The notes beneath the pieces are model-generated. The model searched no databases and was not told the origin of the DNA. It saw only the letters and a list, made by a program, of their open reading frames with translations. A DNA stretch of 64,000 nucleotides, taken from NCBI GenBank assembly GCA_951406725.2, contig OX597835.1, positions 930,001 to 994,000 on the forward strand. The letters are read 5' to 3'. Below are positions 39,201-53,700 of the stretch, piece by piece (the stretch's first letter is position 1; the number at the start of each line of letters is the position of its first letter). The stretch comes from Octopus vulgaris. Lineage: Eukaryota. The position numbers were made by a program, and so were the translations under genes.

Positions 39201-42200
39201 ATGTTGCCATCAGGATACAGGACCAGATACTGCAACAGCTGCTTGGGTGTCAAGGGCCCACAGTTCTACAATATTCTCCCACAAAGCCTGAGAAACCTAC
39301 ATGTGCTGGCTGTAGATGCCTTCAAAAACTGGACCTCCTCCTGTCAAGAGTTCTGGATGAGCCTACCTCATGGCAAGAAACTCAGATGAAGGTAGTAACA
39401 TCTTGGGTAATAACTGGAAGAATAGGATCATGAATACAAGCAGCCAAGGGTCTGAAGGGTCTTTGGAGTAAGATTACTGGGTCAAGTGCATAGCTTGGAG
39501 GTGAGAGGGGTGCTCCAAGTAGAGCTGCTGCTACTTATTTAAATTGAGAGATCACAGCTCTTGTACTTCAGATATGTTGTAAGAATGTCTCGGAAAAGAA
39601 CATCGGACAGGTTTTATGGATGAAATCAACCTGCAAGAGATCCAGGAGTAGACCACGAGCGAGATGTTGGACAACATCTATGAGCTTGCACAGTATTGGT
39701 CAAACCAAGGCTTCATGAGAAGGCAATTGCACAAGCGGTGCCAGGCAGTGGAATCATGCCAGAACTACTACCTGGTTGCAAAGCAATCGTCTAACCACCA
39801 TTTGTAAAGGTGTGTGATTTCGTGGTTAGGGTATTCAGCTCATGATTGTAAGGTCTTCAGTTCAATGCCCAGTAATGCCTTGTGTCTTTGAGCAAGTCGC
39901 TTCAAAGGGCCAGCCTTGTCATATTTTGTGTCATTTCCCAGAGAATATGTTAAGGGTGTGTGAAGAGCTCAGCCACTTGCTTGTTAATTTCATGAGCAGG
40001 ATGTTCTCTTGACTGAATCAATTAGAACACTTGATGTAACTGACAGAGTGATAGCTTTAATCACTATCTTTATGAATTGCATAGTGTTGACGATTCTTTT
40101 TTTGTTGTTTTAATTCCAATCAACATCAGTGAATAGAAACAGTTCTTCTCAGCTAGGCGAGCTGGCAGAAACGTTAGCACGCCGGGCGAAATGCTTAGCG
40201 GTATTCGTCTACCGTTACGTTCTGAGTTCAAATTCTGCCAAAGTCGACTTTGTCTTTCATCCTTTCGGGGTTGATAAATTAAGTACCAGTTACGCACTGG
40301 GGTCGATGCAATCGACTTAATCCCTTTGTCTGTCCTTGTTTGTCCCCTCTATGTTTAGCCCCTTGTGGGCAATAAAGAAATTAGAAACAGTTCTTCTCAG
40401 CTAGAAGCAGCGCTCAGTCCCTCCATCGCAAAATGCAATCAACAACAGTAATATAATTACTACCATAAGTTTTCTAGTAGCTGGCCCTTTGCTCTTCACA
40501 CACACGTGCGCATGCTCACACCCTAACAAAAACTGGATGCCAGAATCTATAGTAGATCCTTAAAAGACAAACTACAATGTCCATATCGAAATCATACACA
40601 CACATCTGCTGCTTCTCTACATATCATCATCATCATCATTTCACGTCCGCTTTCCATGCTAGCATGGGTTGGACGATTCGACTGAGGTCTGGCAAACCAG
40701 ATGGCTGCACCAGACTCCAATCTTGATTTGGCAGAGTTTCTCCAGCTGGATGCCCTTCCTAACGCCAACCACTCCGAGAGTGTAGTGGGTGCTTTTACAT
40801 GCCACCGACACGAGGGCCAGCTGCAGCCAAAAAGCCAAAAGAGAAGTCATGTACATCTAAGAATAAAAGACTACCTCTCGATAGACAGTCTGAGAGTTTC
40901 AAAGTGGAGACACATAACGACAGATGAGCTCAACAGATTCAAAGCCACCAAAACATTTAATCCATATTCGAAACCTTTAATCCGGCAGATGAGCTCGAGG
41001 ACACTACTGAACAGCCTGCATTAAAAAACATCAGGAAATTGAAAATACAGTTTCAAAAACTATCAACATCATCATCATCATCACCACATCTACTCACCTT
41101 ATTATTAACACATGCCATCATAGTTCCCATTGGGTCTATACAGATGGATTGGATTGAAGCATCCAATTCAGGAATCTAAATCAAAATAAAAAGGAAGAAA
41201 AAATATGAAAATATTAAAACTTTGACAGAATACCAATTCTCTGACACCCTTGTTTGTTCTACCCGTCTCAAACTACTGATGAAACTTACGCAGATTATGT
41301 TTAGCTTAAACACATGAACAGCAAGTTGATGTAATCAGGGTTAAAAAGGAAGGTTAAATGTTCTGAGAAAGAGAAGGGGTGACGAAACAGTCAATATGAA
41401 TTAGTTGTTTCAAATGAGACAGTTTGGAAGCAGATGTCAAAGTGAGACTGCAACATGTCAGTGGGGCAAAGGTTGTGCTATGTTGGAGAGTGAGTCTTTG
41501 TCAAGTAATTTGATGGTCTTCTTCACGATACAGTCTTGGGTGTAAAAGTGTGTAACAGCAGTACTATCCCATATATTCTGTTATTCTTTCACTTGTTTCA
41601 GTCATTTGACTGCAGCCATACTGGAGCACTGCCTTAAAGGGTTTTAGTTGAAGAAATTGACCCCAAGGCTTATTCTTTATAAGCCTAGTACATATTCTAT
41701 TGGTCTCTTTTGCCAAACCACTACGTCACAGGGACATAAACACACCAGCATTGTGTTTGTCTCCCCACCATTGCTTGACAACCAGACAGACACACGATGG
41801 GCTTCTTTCAGTTTCCGTCTACCAAATCCACTCACAGGGCTTTGGTTGGCTCGAGGCTATAGTAGAAAACACTTGCCCAAGGTGCCATACAGTGAGACTG
41901 AACCTGGACCCATGTGGTCGAGAAGCAAGCTTCTTTCCACACAGCCATGCCCACACCTATATATTTATTTATTTATTTTGTATCACAACTTATAAACAAT
42001 AGTGTCATTGATTACAGGTTTCCGATGGACCAATCACTGGTTCACTGTATTTCTGATGGCAGAATTGATAAGAGAGAGACATTATAACTCAGACTTCATC
42101 TGGAGAGCACAGGTTTGAAGCCACATGGTTCCCGAATTGATCCCAGAACCCCACGGTTGCAAAGTGAACTTCTTAACAGCAAAGTCATACACTGAATGGT

Positions 42201-45200
42201 GCTGTTATTTGAGACCTTAATTGAGACCAAGTTGGTTTATAAGTTAAAGGGAGCCCATTTAACCCTTTAGCAGTTAATCCAGCCATGACCAGCCCAAATA
42301 TTCTACTTTTTTAAAGTTCAAACTGGCCAGATCTGGCCTCTCACACCTACCCTACAACGTTATTTTAAAAACGAACAATCACATCGTCATCTTGAAGCCT
42401 CGACATAATGAATGATTAATTCAAAATAATGTGAATGAACAAGTATTGCATTTGACAGAATAATCTGAAGGAGCTAAAGGGTCAAAGGTCATGAAATACA
42501 TTTAACCTCTGAGTATAGCTGTTCACATTTATATTGTCCAGTCTTTCAACTGACTCAAGTCTACATAAAGTCAGATTTTCTTCATTACTGGAGAGTAGAG
42601 AGCCTATTATTGTTGATGTCACCAAATTGTCTCCAATCACATCAGACCAAATGGCCATGGCATGAGATTAGCCAACGAAACGAATGGCTAATAACGCACA
42701 GACTTCATAAATGCCTGAAATGGCTCTGAAGTTTAATGAGATACCTGACGACTAATAAACAAACTCATGAGTTGAAAAACTTAATAAGTACCACAGCCAT
42801 AACTCTGGTAGTCTCAGTGGATCCTGAATGACAAGAATGGTGTAATTTCCATTTTACATTGGAATTGTTTCGTAGTTGGAAAGGGGATCCAGTTGTAAAA
42901 AAGAAAGAAGACAAAAAAACACATTTCTTCATAAGTTAATCAGAAAAATTGGAGAAGGGGGTAGTGACTGTAATCTTTAAAGGCCCACACTCCTAGACTA
43001 GTGAGATTGATGTGGTTAATGTGTTCAGTTAGAAAATCAATGTGGAGGTGCAATGGCCCAGTGGTTAAGGCAACGGACTTGCGGTCGGAGGATCGCGGTT
43101 TCGATTCCTAGACCGGGCATTGTGTGTGTTTATTGAGCGAAAACACCTAAAAGTTCCACGAGGCTCCAGCAGGGAGTGGTGGCGACCCCTGTTTTACTCT
43201 TTCGCCCCAACTTTCTCTCACTCTCTCTTCCTGTTTATTGAGTAATGCTGCGATGGACTGGCATCCCATCCAGCTGGGGGGAATACATATGCCACAGAAA
43301 CCGGGAAACTGGGCCCATGAGCCTGGCTAGGCTTGAAAAGGGCGACGTTTTGAGAAAATCAATATCTGCAGTAAAAACTTGTGCCACAGAGAAAATTACA
43401 AAGGAAGAAGGACTGGGAAAAAATGGTCAGTTCAGTATCAGGAAAGGAAGCATTAAGGACATCATCATCATCATCATCATTGTTTAACGTCCACTTTCCA
43501 TGCTAGCATGGGTTGGACTACAATATCTTGAATTCTGACTCAGTTCTAAATAAGCTTCTACAAAGGAATTGAATGTTTGCTAAGCACCTCAACCAAGGAG
43601 GTTTTCAAAGGGTACTGCTTAAATCCTGTTCCATGATGTCACAGAACTGATGGGTAAATGTTGGATAGCCTGTTTGTCTCTCTCAAGTATCTTTCTCAGA
43701 TGATATGTACCACCTCACCTCTAGGTGAACTGAGGCTATGTGAAATTCAGTATACTGCCCCATACACATCAAAACCCATCTTTTATAGATTTAAACTCAA
43801 AACAAATTTTGTGCTATTGCAACCATCACTCAGCCGTTCAAATCAAACCCAGGTCCAAGAAGCCAATGAGGGAACCTCTATGTACTTGCTTGACCTGCTC
43901 GAGACATCAGCTAAATCTCCAAATTACACCATGTTAAAGATGACAGGATGTTCACAGCTGGGGTACTGGTCATTGTAAGGGGTCTACTCTGAGAAAGATG
44001 GCCAAGAACAGGACAGCAGCAACAACTACTAGGTTTATAGAATCTCAAAAACCTGTCCCATGTAACTTAATAATATCAAAAGTAACAAGAACTTACACAA
44101 GGTTCTTTGTGATTGCTCTTCAGATCCCACACGTGAATCACACCATTCTGATCACCAATAAAAAGCTCACCCTATAAAAAATGATAAACAACATCAAACA
44201 ACAACAATAAATAATAATAATGATAATAATATTTCAAGATTCAAGTTTCAAGATTCACGAACGTAAAGAGACAAGAAGAGCGTGACTGTTATTTCGGTAA
44301 TAGAGATTGAGTCTGTTTCTTCAGATGAAAATGAAACAAATGAGCAATATTTCAACACTCTGTGTGTCTTTTACAAGTTCAAAATATAAAATGAAATTAA
44401 ATTCAAAGATAGGAAACGCTGAAACATTCAAAATGAAACCAGAATAACTGTGTTTATTTCCAAGTAAAAGGATGCCATCAGTCTTCGGCCTTTCACAAAA
44501 GGTAGCAGAAGGAAGGAAGGAAAGAAAAAAAGACAGAAAAGAATTGAAGAAAAAAATTATTCAGTCAAAAAGTTTAGTATAAATATGATGAAATTCACCT
44601 GCCATTTTATTAATTAAGATGTCACCATTTCACAAATAAATCTATCCTCACAGGTTTTGAAGACTTAAGGTGCAGCGGAGTGAGGGTATTTTTTGAGAAT
44701 TTGCATCTTCAGGTCTTCCTCACCTGTTTCATGTGAAATGCTGCACAAGTTCCATGGAAGCATTTCCCATCAAACAGGTGTAGATTTGAGGAAGATCTGA
44801 AAGGGCACATTCTCAAAAAATACCCTCAATCCACTGCACTTTCACTCCTCAGAAACCCATGAACTGTTGACATCTCAGCCTGAAGAATTAATAAAATGGC
44901 AGTTTGAATTCCACCATATTTATACTAAACTTTTTGATGGAATAATTCTTTTCATCAATTCGTTTCCTTTTTTTTCTTTTTTCTTTCCTTCCTTCCTTCT
45001 GCTACTTTTTGTGAAAGACTGAAGACTGATGAGATCGTTTTACCTGGAAAGAAACACAGGTATTCCGGTTTAATTTTGAATGTTTCAGCGTTTCCTATCT
45101 TTGAATTTAATTTCATTTTATATTTTGAACTTGTAAAAGACACACAGAGCATGTTGGAGTGGCAGAAAATATGGAGTAAATGGTCAATGACAATATGAAA

Positions 45201-48200
45201 CATTGGAATATGGAACTGATTGGAGGGAAGCAAAAACTTGGGAAGGTGAACATCAGATAAAGTATATTTCAAGACGATAGCTTATCTCCATTACTATTTG
45301 TACAGAGCTTTTGTAATCAACCAATTATAAATTTTGTAATCAACTAATTATAAATGCTGAAGAATTATTCCTTCAGTTGTATGGACTTGATGTTGAAACT
45401 TTATAATCCATGACCAACTTAAATATTACTCATGCAGTGAAATAAAAGTTACTATTAAATGTTGCCTGGTGTTGCTATATCATTCGCATGCAGCGTCACA
45501 TGCATAAAACCAACCAACCAACCATGGCGCCGTGACAAAGTGGCATTATGGAATACAATGGGAGTTGTGCAGGAAGTGTGGACTAGAATGTCCCAGCAAG
45601 GGGCATGAGCACTGACCATTGCCAGTAAAGGAAACTGATCAGGTGAAACTCAGGTGGGATATTCCTATCTACACAGATAAGAAGCTGCAACAGAACAGAC
45701 CAGACATCACGGAAGACCGGAATATTGTGAAGACAGAGAACAAGGAAGTTGAAAAGTACCAAGAGCAAGCACTGGAAGTGAAATACATCCATAGAGCCTC
45801 AAAAGTAAGTGTGATACCAATCATGGTCAGTGCATTTGGGACCATCACAAGGAAAGCAATGTTCTGGTATGTAAAACCGAAAATACCAAACTTCATAGAA
45901 AGTACACAGTTGGCAGAAATACTTGGCACAGCTCATGGGTTGAAGGAAGAGTTGCATCTGTAAGGAAGGAGCTGAAAAGTGACATAGGTAACCCAGATGA
46001 AAAGAACCTCCACGACCACCACCACAAGAGGAGGAAGGGGAAGGGGTAGTAATGACAACAACAATAATAATTTACCTGGTTAGGGTGTAAGCATACACAA
46101 TTCACAGGAGCATTCCCAGCAAACATCCTTTGACTTTGAGGATTTCGAGACCTAAAACATAAAATCAAATGACAATATTCTTTTCTACTCTGGGCACAAG
46201 GCCCGAAATTTTTGGGAAGTGGGCCAGTTGATTAGATCGACTTCAGTACGCAACTGGTACTTAATTTATCGCCCCCGGAAGGATGACAGGCACAGTCGAC
46301 CTCGGCAGAATTTGAACTCAGAACGTAAAGACAGACGAAATACCACTAAGCAGTTCGTCAGGCATGCTAACGTTTCTGCCAAATCGCATATTAAAAAAAG
46401 GCAGGATGAAATATGTTCATCTCTTTTATAGGTGGATATCCCTTTTCTTCTAACTTTCCGTTTACCCTAACCACCTCCTCACCATAAAGAGTTTATCTTA
46501 ATATTTTAGTTATTACTGTTTTAATACAGTTTCTTAGCAAAGTCATTAAAACATCTAATTACAATAATTACTCCAGGTTTCTGCAATCTGAGTTCAAATC
46601 CTCCTGAGGTTCATTTTGCCTTTCAATGACTTGTCAGGTTCGATGAATGAAGTACTAGCCCAGTACTGGTACTTTATTGACAAATGTTAGTGACAGAAAG
46701 GGCATACAGCTGTAAAATGGTACCCCAGAAAAACCACTCAATCCAAGTGGTTCAGTGTTTTCTCCGGTAGCATTCAATATATCCTTTCTTTGCTAAGGTG
46801 GACAGTGTGATTTTACTTAGATTGGTTGCTATTTCAAGCAAGTCAAGTAGTTATATGGAGACTACCTCACTGGATTGTACAACTACATAGAAGCTAACAT
46901 GTTACATTATGATGAAAACGTCTAACATAGATACTTATCAGTTCAGAAGCAATGACCTTTCTTAAGTATTACCAAATTTCTCTTCCTAGTTAATTCCAAA
47001 AATGGAGACTGTTTCACATGTCTGAACAAAGTAAGAATTTTAAAGCAAAACAGCCAAATATGTTATGTTGTCGCTTATGAGTTTGAAACGAACCATTGGA
47101 CCAAATTCAACTTTCCCTTGTAAAATATATGTCAACAGAACCATTGATACAACATGTATATATATTTAAATTTCTCTTTTTGTTTGTTTAGTGAGTCAGT
47201 GAGGGGCGGGAGGACAAAGGCCAAACTCTTTTTGAACCTCGCCTCACGTGAAATCGACACCCAGCCTGAACAAGAAATCCACAGCCACAGAAATAAACCA
47301 AGGAGGAAGTCATTATGAGGTTGCTCAACCTGCTAGAAATAGCAGTCACATCTCCCTCAAACCACACTGTACTGTCTTAAAACAAAACGACCTAAAGACT
47401 ACAGTAGATAATGTTGTCCTAGATATACGATGAAAGGTGGGATGGCCACAATGGAAGTACTTTTGATCAGAAGTTAGCACTATAAATGTTGACCTGGGAT
47501 TAAACAACAACGTTTAGTCAAGGGTTTGGGGAGAAGGGCAACTTTCAGAATGTTTATACCCAGCCTCTTCCACTCATCATCATCATCACCAAGTATTTTC
47601 CTTATGCTGGCATCGTGATGTTGTTGATGATAGTGATGATGATGATGCATACATTTCACAGGACATTACGGCAGAGATAAGCACAAACTCATTTACGATG
47701 TTACTGTGGACACTCCAGCATAGGTCGAGCATCCATCAAAATGTTGCCTTATTGACTAGTTTTGTACAGACATAAAATGTTGCCTTATTGACCGGCTGAA
47801 TGCAATGGAGGATCGGAATCACGAATGGTGGCATGATTGTCAGAAAGACCAGAACAGGCTCAACCAGGCAGCACAATTTGGGTAGGTCTGCGATACAACA
47901 TTTTTCTTGTGTCTTGACAGGGAGTCAATACGTAAATTAAAGACAAAACATGGAAAGATAATTGAAGATTAGGGCAAAAAGATACACAAAAAATTTTTAA
48001 ATGTTGGTCCCATCTTCACTCACCGTTGGTCCCATATTCGGGTAGTCATGTCTTCGCCACCAGAATACATCCATTTACCATCTTCTTGGAATCCAACAGC
48101 AGTAACATTCTTACTTAAACCTTCATAATCTATTAATGGGCTTGAACTCTTGGAATTGATGTCAAACATTCGAATGTGCTGGAAACCTGTACCATAAAAG

Positions 48201-48233
48201 CAAAAACAATGACACACACATTACATCATTGCA

Positions 48234-48317
<84 letters not shown>

Positions 48318-50652
48318 CATGCACACAAATCATCATCATCATTTTAACCTCTACATTTCCATGCTTGCATGGGTCAGATGGAGTATAATGAGGCAAATAT
48401 TCTGTGGTTGGAACCTCTTCCTGTTGTCAACCCACAACAATTTCCAAGCAAGATATTTCCCTATGGCTAGACATGTTCTCAGAGGACGCTGGGACGAATG
48501 ACACTGCTTGTATGACAATGACCAGCCACAGCTATCACATGACCATCCACAGCTATCACATGATCTCAACAGCAGACACAAATGCATTTTACTCTTTCTA
48601 AATATACATATATTATTTTAATGTTTGTTTTTCATGTTCAGTTTATATCGGTTTCAAATTTTGACACAAGGCCAGCATTTTTAGGGGAGGCGTAAGTTGA
48701 TTACATCAACTCCAGTGTTCAACTGGTACTTATTTTATCAACTACAAAAGGATGAAAGGCTAAGTCAACCTCAGTGGAATTCCACTGAGACATTAGATAA
48801 TGTACTCCTAGATACATTATGCGTGAAAAAAAAAAAAAAACTCCTAGAAAATATGGGATGGCCACAGCTAAAATACGTTTGGGTTGTAAGCCTTCTTGGT
48901 CAGCATTGACCTGAGCGGCTGAATAACAACAACAGCAATAAACCACATACTTTAGGACTGGAATCTTCTGGCAATATTAAATGGAATACAATAGAACGTC
49001 TTTAGAAATGACACATGCTACAGCAATGTACATATTCATATATATATGTAAGAATCTATTTTTTGAGAAATCAGACAAGGGTCTGCTCCTGCAAAAAAAA
49101 AGGGAAACGTGGTAATAATGTAATGTAAATGCTTCAGGTTCACATCCTTTGTCTGGTAAAAGAGAAAAAAAAACATTTACTCTTCTTTATCCTGACAAAG
49201 GGAGTAAAATTAATTGAAACAGTCTTAAACAAATGGAGACTTTTGTTTCAGCTCATTATGTTCTGGGAGTAAATTCCACCAAGGTCAACATTGCCTTTCC
49301 TTTCTAGTGCTGATGGAAATAAAGTATTTGTCTAGAGTGGTAAATAGCAAAATTGTTGGTTAGAGCATTGTATAAAATGCCTTGAAGTCATTTGTACCAG
49401 CTCTTTACATTCTGTGTTCAAATCCTACCCAGGGCAACTATGCCGTTCTTCCTTCCAGGGTCAATTAAAAAAATTCCAGTGTAACAGTAGAATTATCAGA
49501 GCATTTGTTGTTGCAGAGCATCTGTTGCAGCTCTTTACATTCTTATTTCTCAGGTAATCTGGTCTCTAACCAACAACATGGTGCCTTTAAAAAAAGCACC
49601 TGAAGGAATACAACAGAAAACCACCTTTGTATTCTTCCATGAAGATTTTAAGACAAGCACACAGAAATTATCAAGAAAGTTATTGCTATACAATGCTAAC
49701 CATGGCCTTGTGTGTTTTATGAAATTTCCCTAAACCATGAATGGTTAATACAAAGCAAATATAAACAAAATCAAAGCAAGAAAAAAGAAAAATATTCAAT
49801 ACATACCAGCTCCGGCCACAAACTGCCTGTCTGGAGTTATTTCTAAATCATTTACTTGCTGAAGAAAAGCAGTTAAGGAATGGAATTTAAAAAAAAATCA
49901 CAAAGAGTTAAGTGCAAAGGGTCCTCCTCTTCTAGCAGACTTTATTATAGTCACCACATCACCCACTCTCACCATCTTTCCCATACACACCCACCCACAC
50001 TCCCAATTCTCCTGTTCCCCTTCCCCACTCCCATTTTCCTTGTACCTTCACTGTCCTCCCTGACACCTCATCATCACTATTTCATTTCTCTTTCCAGCCC
50101 CACCTCAACTTCTCCCACTAACTTTTCTATAAGAAGAAGGGCCATGCAGCTCCTCAACAGCAAGAAACCTCCTCTAGTGGCCTTTTTTCACATTTTGATT
50201 TCTCGTCCCCTAGTTTTAAGCTGCCTCTCTCTCTACTGTAGGCCCTCATCTGATGGGGATTTCAGTCTTGCAAATTGCATGGAGACCTCATTGGTATTGG
50301 TGCCAGATAAGAACAGCACCAAGTCGACACTGCAAAGTGGTTAGTATTGGGAACCAAGAAGGCCACCCAGCAACAGGGACCATGCTAAGCAGACATTGTA
50401 GAACAAAGCAGTTCCTGGACCTGTCAAGATCTTGTCAAACCATCCAACCCACGTCAAATGTTTCATTTTCTTCTTATTCCTCACTTTTACAAATATTTAA
50501 CATCATTTACACTCTTTTAAGTTTTACAATAAATTGGGGCTGCCCTACCTCTTGTACGTTGTCTGTACCTAGCACCCAAATTAAAGTTTTTTTAAAAGAC
50601 TCAGTGATAAGTAAATTATAAAATGTTCAAGAACATCAAAAGGACTTGATCT

Positions 50653-50710
<58 letters not shown>

Positions 50711-53700
50711 TATACAGGGTGCAGTGGGAAAACTGTTGCCTAAATTACGCAAATATGAAAACAACACGGACATCTCATTTTAACAGATATATTTACCAAA
50801 ATGACAAAAATATCTGGAAATATTAATGAGTAAATTTATTCAATAAAAATTGCCATTGGCTTCAACTACAGCCTCCAGATGACTATGGAATCTCGTGCAA
50901 CTCTTCTGGATGGTCTCCTTGTTTAAGTTGGTGAATGCTGCCATAATCCTTACCTTCAGTTCATCTTTGGTGTTACAAGGAGTTTTGTTGATTTCCCACT
51001 CAACTGCACCCCCACACAACCAAGGGACTTTCAGTGTGGGGAGTTAGATGGCCAGATATAAGGGGTGATGTGGTTACAGGAATTGCCTGACAGCCATGAC
51101 TGGGTTTTCCTGTTTGTGTGGCGTGGTGCAGAGTCCTGTTGCCAGACACAGGGTCTTCCAGCAGCCACCCTCTCAACCCAGGCATTTGTAGGCCTCTGTG
51201 TTGAGTCTGAGGCCATGTGGGAAGATGAATAGAGGTATAATGTCGCCATCACTAGTGATGGCTGCAAACCCCATGATGTTTGATTTTTATCACTCTCATG
51301 TCCTCAGATTGACACCCAAACACACTGAAATGTTTATATTGGAGCTTCCAGCATGAATGCCAAGCAGTACAGCATGTCATTTCCAAATTTCTGGCAGGGT
51401 GAATTGAGTCATGATGCTATTTTCCTCACAGACAGTACCCAACTGACCCTCTATACTGTGTAGCGGACAAAATGAAAAATATAAAATGGCAACAATTTAC
51501 CCTGTATATACACAAGGAGCATTCCGAAAGTTTTGAAACTTTTTTCTGGAGGGACATTTTATAGTTTCAAAGCACAAAACCCTAATTTCTTTGAAAGTAG
51601 AATACTTTGACTTCAGTGCATATGTTGTGGCACATCACCCACTTCGTGTAGGCCTTGATGGAAGTTCTCGTAAGCAAAGGGGTCCAGAATCCTTGTTACA
51701 GCCTCCTTCGTTTTCTCCTTCAGCTTGGGGAACAACCAAAAGTCACAGCAAGCAAGGTCTGGACTGTGGAAAGGATGTGGGACAGTTTTGATACCGATTT
51801 CTGTCAAATAGTTGGTTACCAGGATGGAATTGTGAACGAATGCATGTGCTGTTGACCTGAGTGGAAGAGTTCTGGCCTTTTGCGACGAAATCCCTTCTTG
51901 AACTCCCTCAAAACCTCCACAATGTACTTTTTGTTGATTGTCAAGCCAGAGGGTGCCCAGTGGATGTCGTTGAAGTCAAAAAAGAGGATTAACTCCGTCT
52001 TCCTAGTAGACCTATTTGCCTGGCCTCTTACGGCAAAGGAAAACATACACTTAGCTCGTACAGTGTTTCATAAGTTGCTGTAGTGTTTCTGCCCAGTTTA
52101 ACACAAAACTTTATTGCATAAACAGCTTCCAAATTTTCTTCACATTCCAACTACATTCTGAAAACTAGTCAGCTGTGAAAAGCAATGGCTAGTAGAATGT
52201 GTTTAAAGTGCTGTTACAGATGTCCCCTTCTATCAAGAATAACAAAACATGGCAGGTCACCTTATTAGATGTTTAGTTACAATAAAATTACATTAATCTA
52301 AGACATTTATGACTGCTTCTCCTAAAAAAGCCCAAAGCTTATGCAGTGCACCCTCTGTGTGTGTGTCCATTATAACCTTCGAACAGAGGAGGTCAGGCAT
52401 CTACAGACATGTTTTAGGGTATTTGCCCTTTGTTAATGCATTGATAAAGGGCAAATACCCTGAAACATGTCTGTAGATGCCTGACCAGCAAGGGAAAGCG
52501 GCTGACCTCCCCTATTCAAAGGTTATAACGGACACAGGTTCGTGTGTCATATAGCTAGCTAGAGGCGATGGCCTCTTGGAGCTAATCAACGGCAGCTTCC
52601 ATCCTATATTTATGGACTGCCATAATAGCTTGGCGATAACTGTTAATATCTAGTACCGCTGCCATAGTCTAGGGTACATTTATTCTTCCAAATGTTCAAA
52701 CTGGTCATTCACCAACCTTATGAAAGGCTTGTTGTAAAAATGAGCATGGCCCTTATACAAGAATATGTATGCATTACGTGACAGTATACTACTTGTATAT
52801 TTGTATCTCACTCAAAAATCCTGCTACACTAATTTTATTTTATTCTATGTTGTTGCTGGAAAAGTATATTAAAATCTCCAAATTTTCGTTTCATTGTTTC
52901 TAAGTATACTGACCCCAGTACTGAACTTCTACTTTAAGTTGTCTGCGGCAGGATTTGCCCACAAAACGTAAAGAGCAGCGACTAAAAACTTGCTTAGACA
53001 TTTCGACCAACACTTAAAAGGTTCTGCCAATCCACTGTCTTAATAATAATTGTTCATAATTTAGATCCAGGGATAACTTTGAGGGGAGGGGATCAGTCGA
53101 CCACAGTGCTCGATTGGTACTTTATTTTATGCTCCCCGGCAGGATGAAAACTAAAGTTAACCTCTGCAGAATTTGAACACAAAACTTAATGCCTACAACA
53201 AATACTTTTCATTGTAGGCACAAGGCCTGAAATTTTGGGTTAATTACATAGACCCCAGTGCTCAGCTGGTACTTATTTCGAGGTCGACTTTGCTTTTCAC
53301 CCCGAAAGGAGGAAAAGCAAAGTCGACCTCGGCGGAATTGAACTCAGAGCGGCGTGCTAACGATCCGGCTAACTCGCCGCCTCCAGCTACAACAAATACT
53401 GCAAGGAATTTTTGCTCGACGCTGATGATTCTACCAATCTACCACCCGTTTTTGTTTTATAATAATAAAAAGATAGTTTTCGAAATTATTTTTTAATTTA
53501 CTAATTAATTTCTTAGTTCGCTCTTCAATCAAAAGGGAGGCAAGTGTTCTGGCCAAGGTGCTCCAAGAGTCGCAGACACACAAGCAACCCTCTCTCCCTG
53601 CCTTTTATTTTGTGTGTTTTGCAGATTTTGAAAGGCAAAGTACAAGTATTTAGTTAGGACATCTATGTTCTGATTTCAAATCCTGTCAGAATTAAACTTC

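Noticed and set aside
43042-43120. tRNA-like sequence (also 62600-62675)
   Set aside because: It has A and B boxes but no clean acceptor stem, and continues into a shared SINE body with a TSD. It is a SINE head, not a tRNA gene.
52391-52486. Possible pre-miRNA interpretation of the intronic hairpins
   Set aside because: Loopless palindromes with repeat-family and hammerhead features fit a transposon origin better, and a miRNA call needs small-RNA reads.
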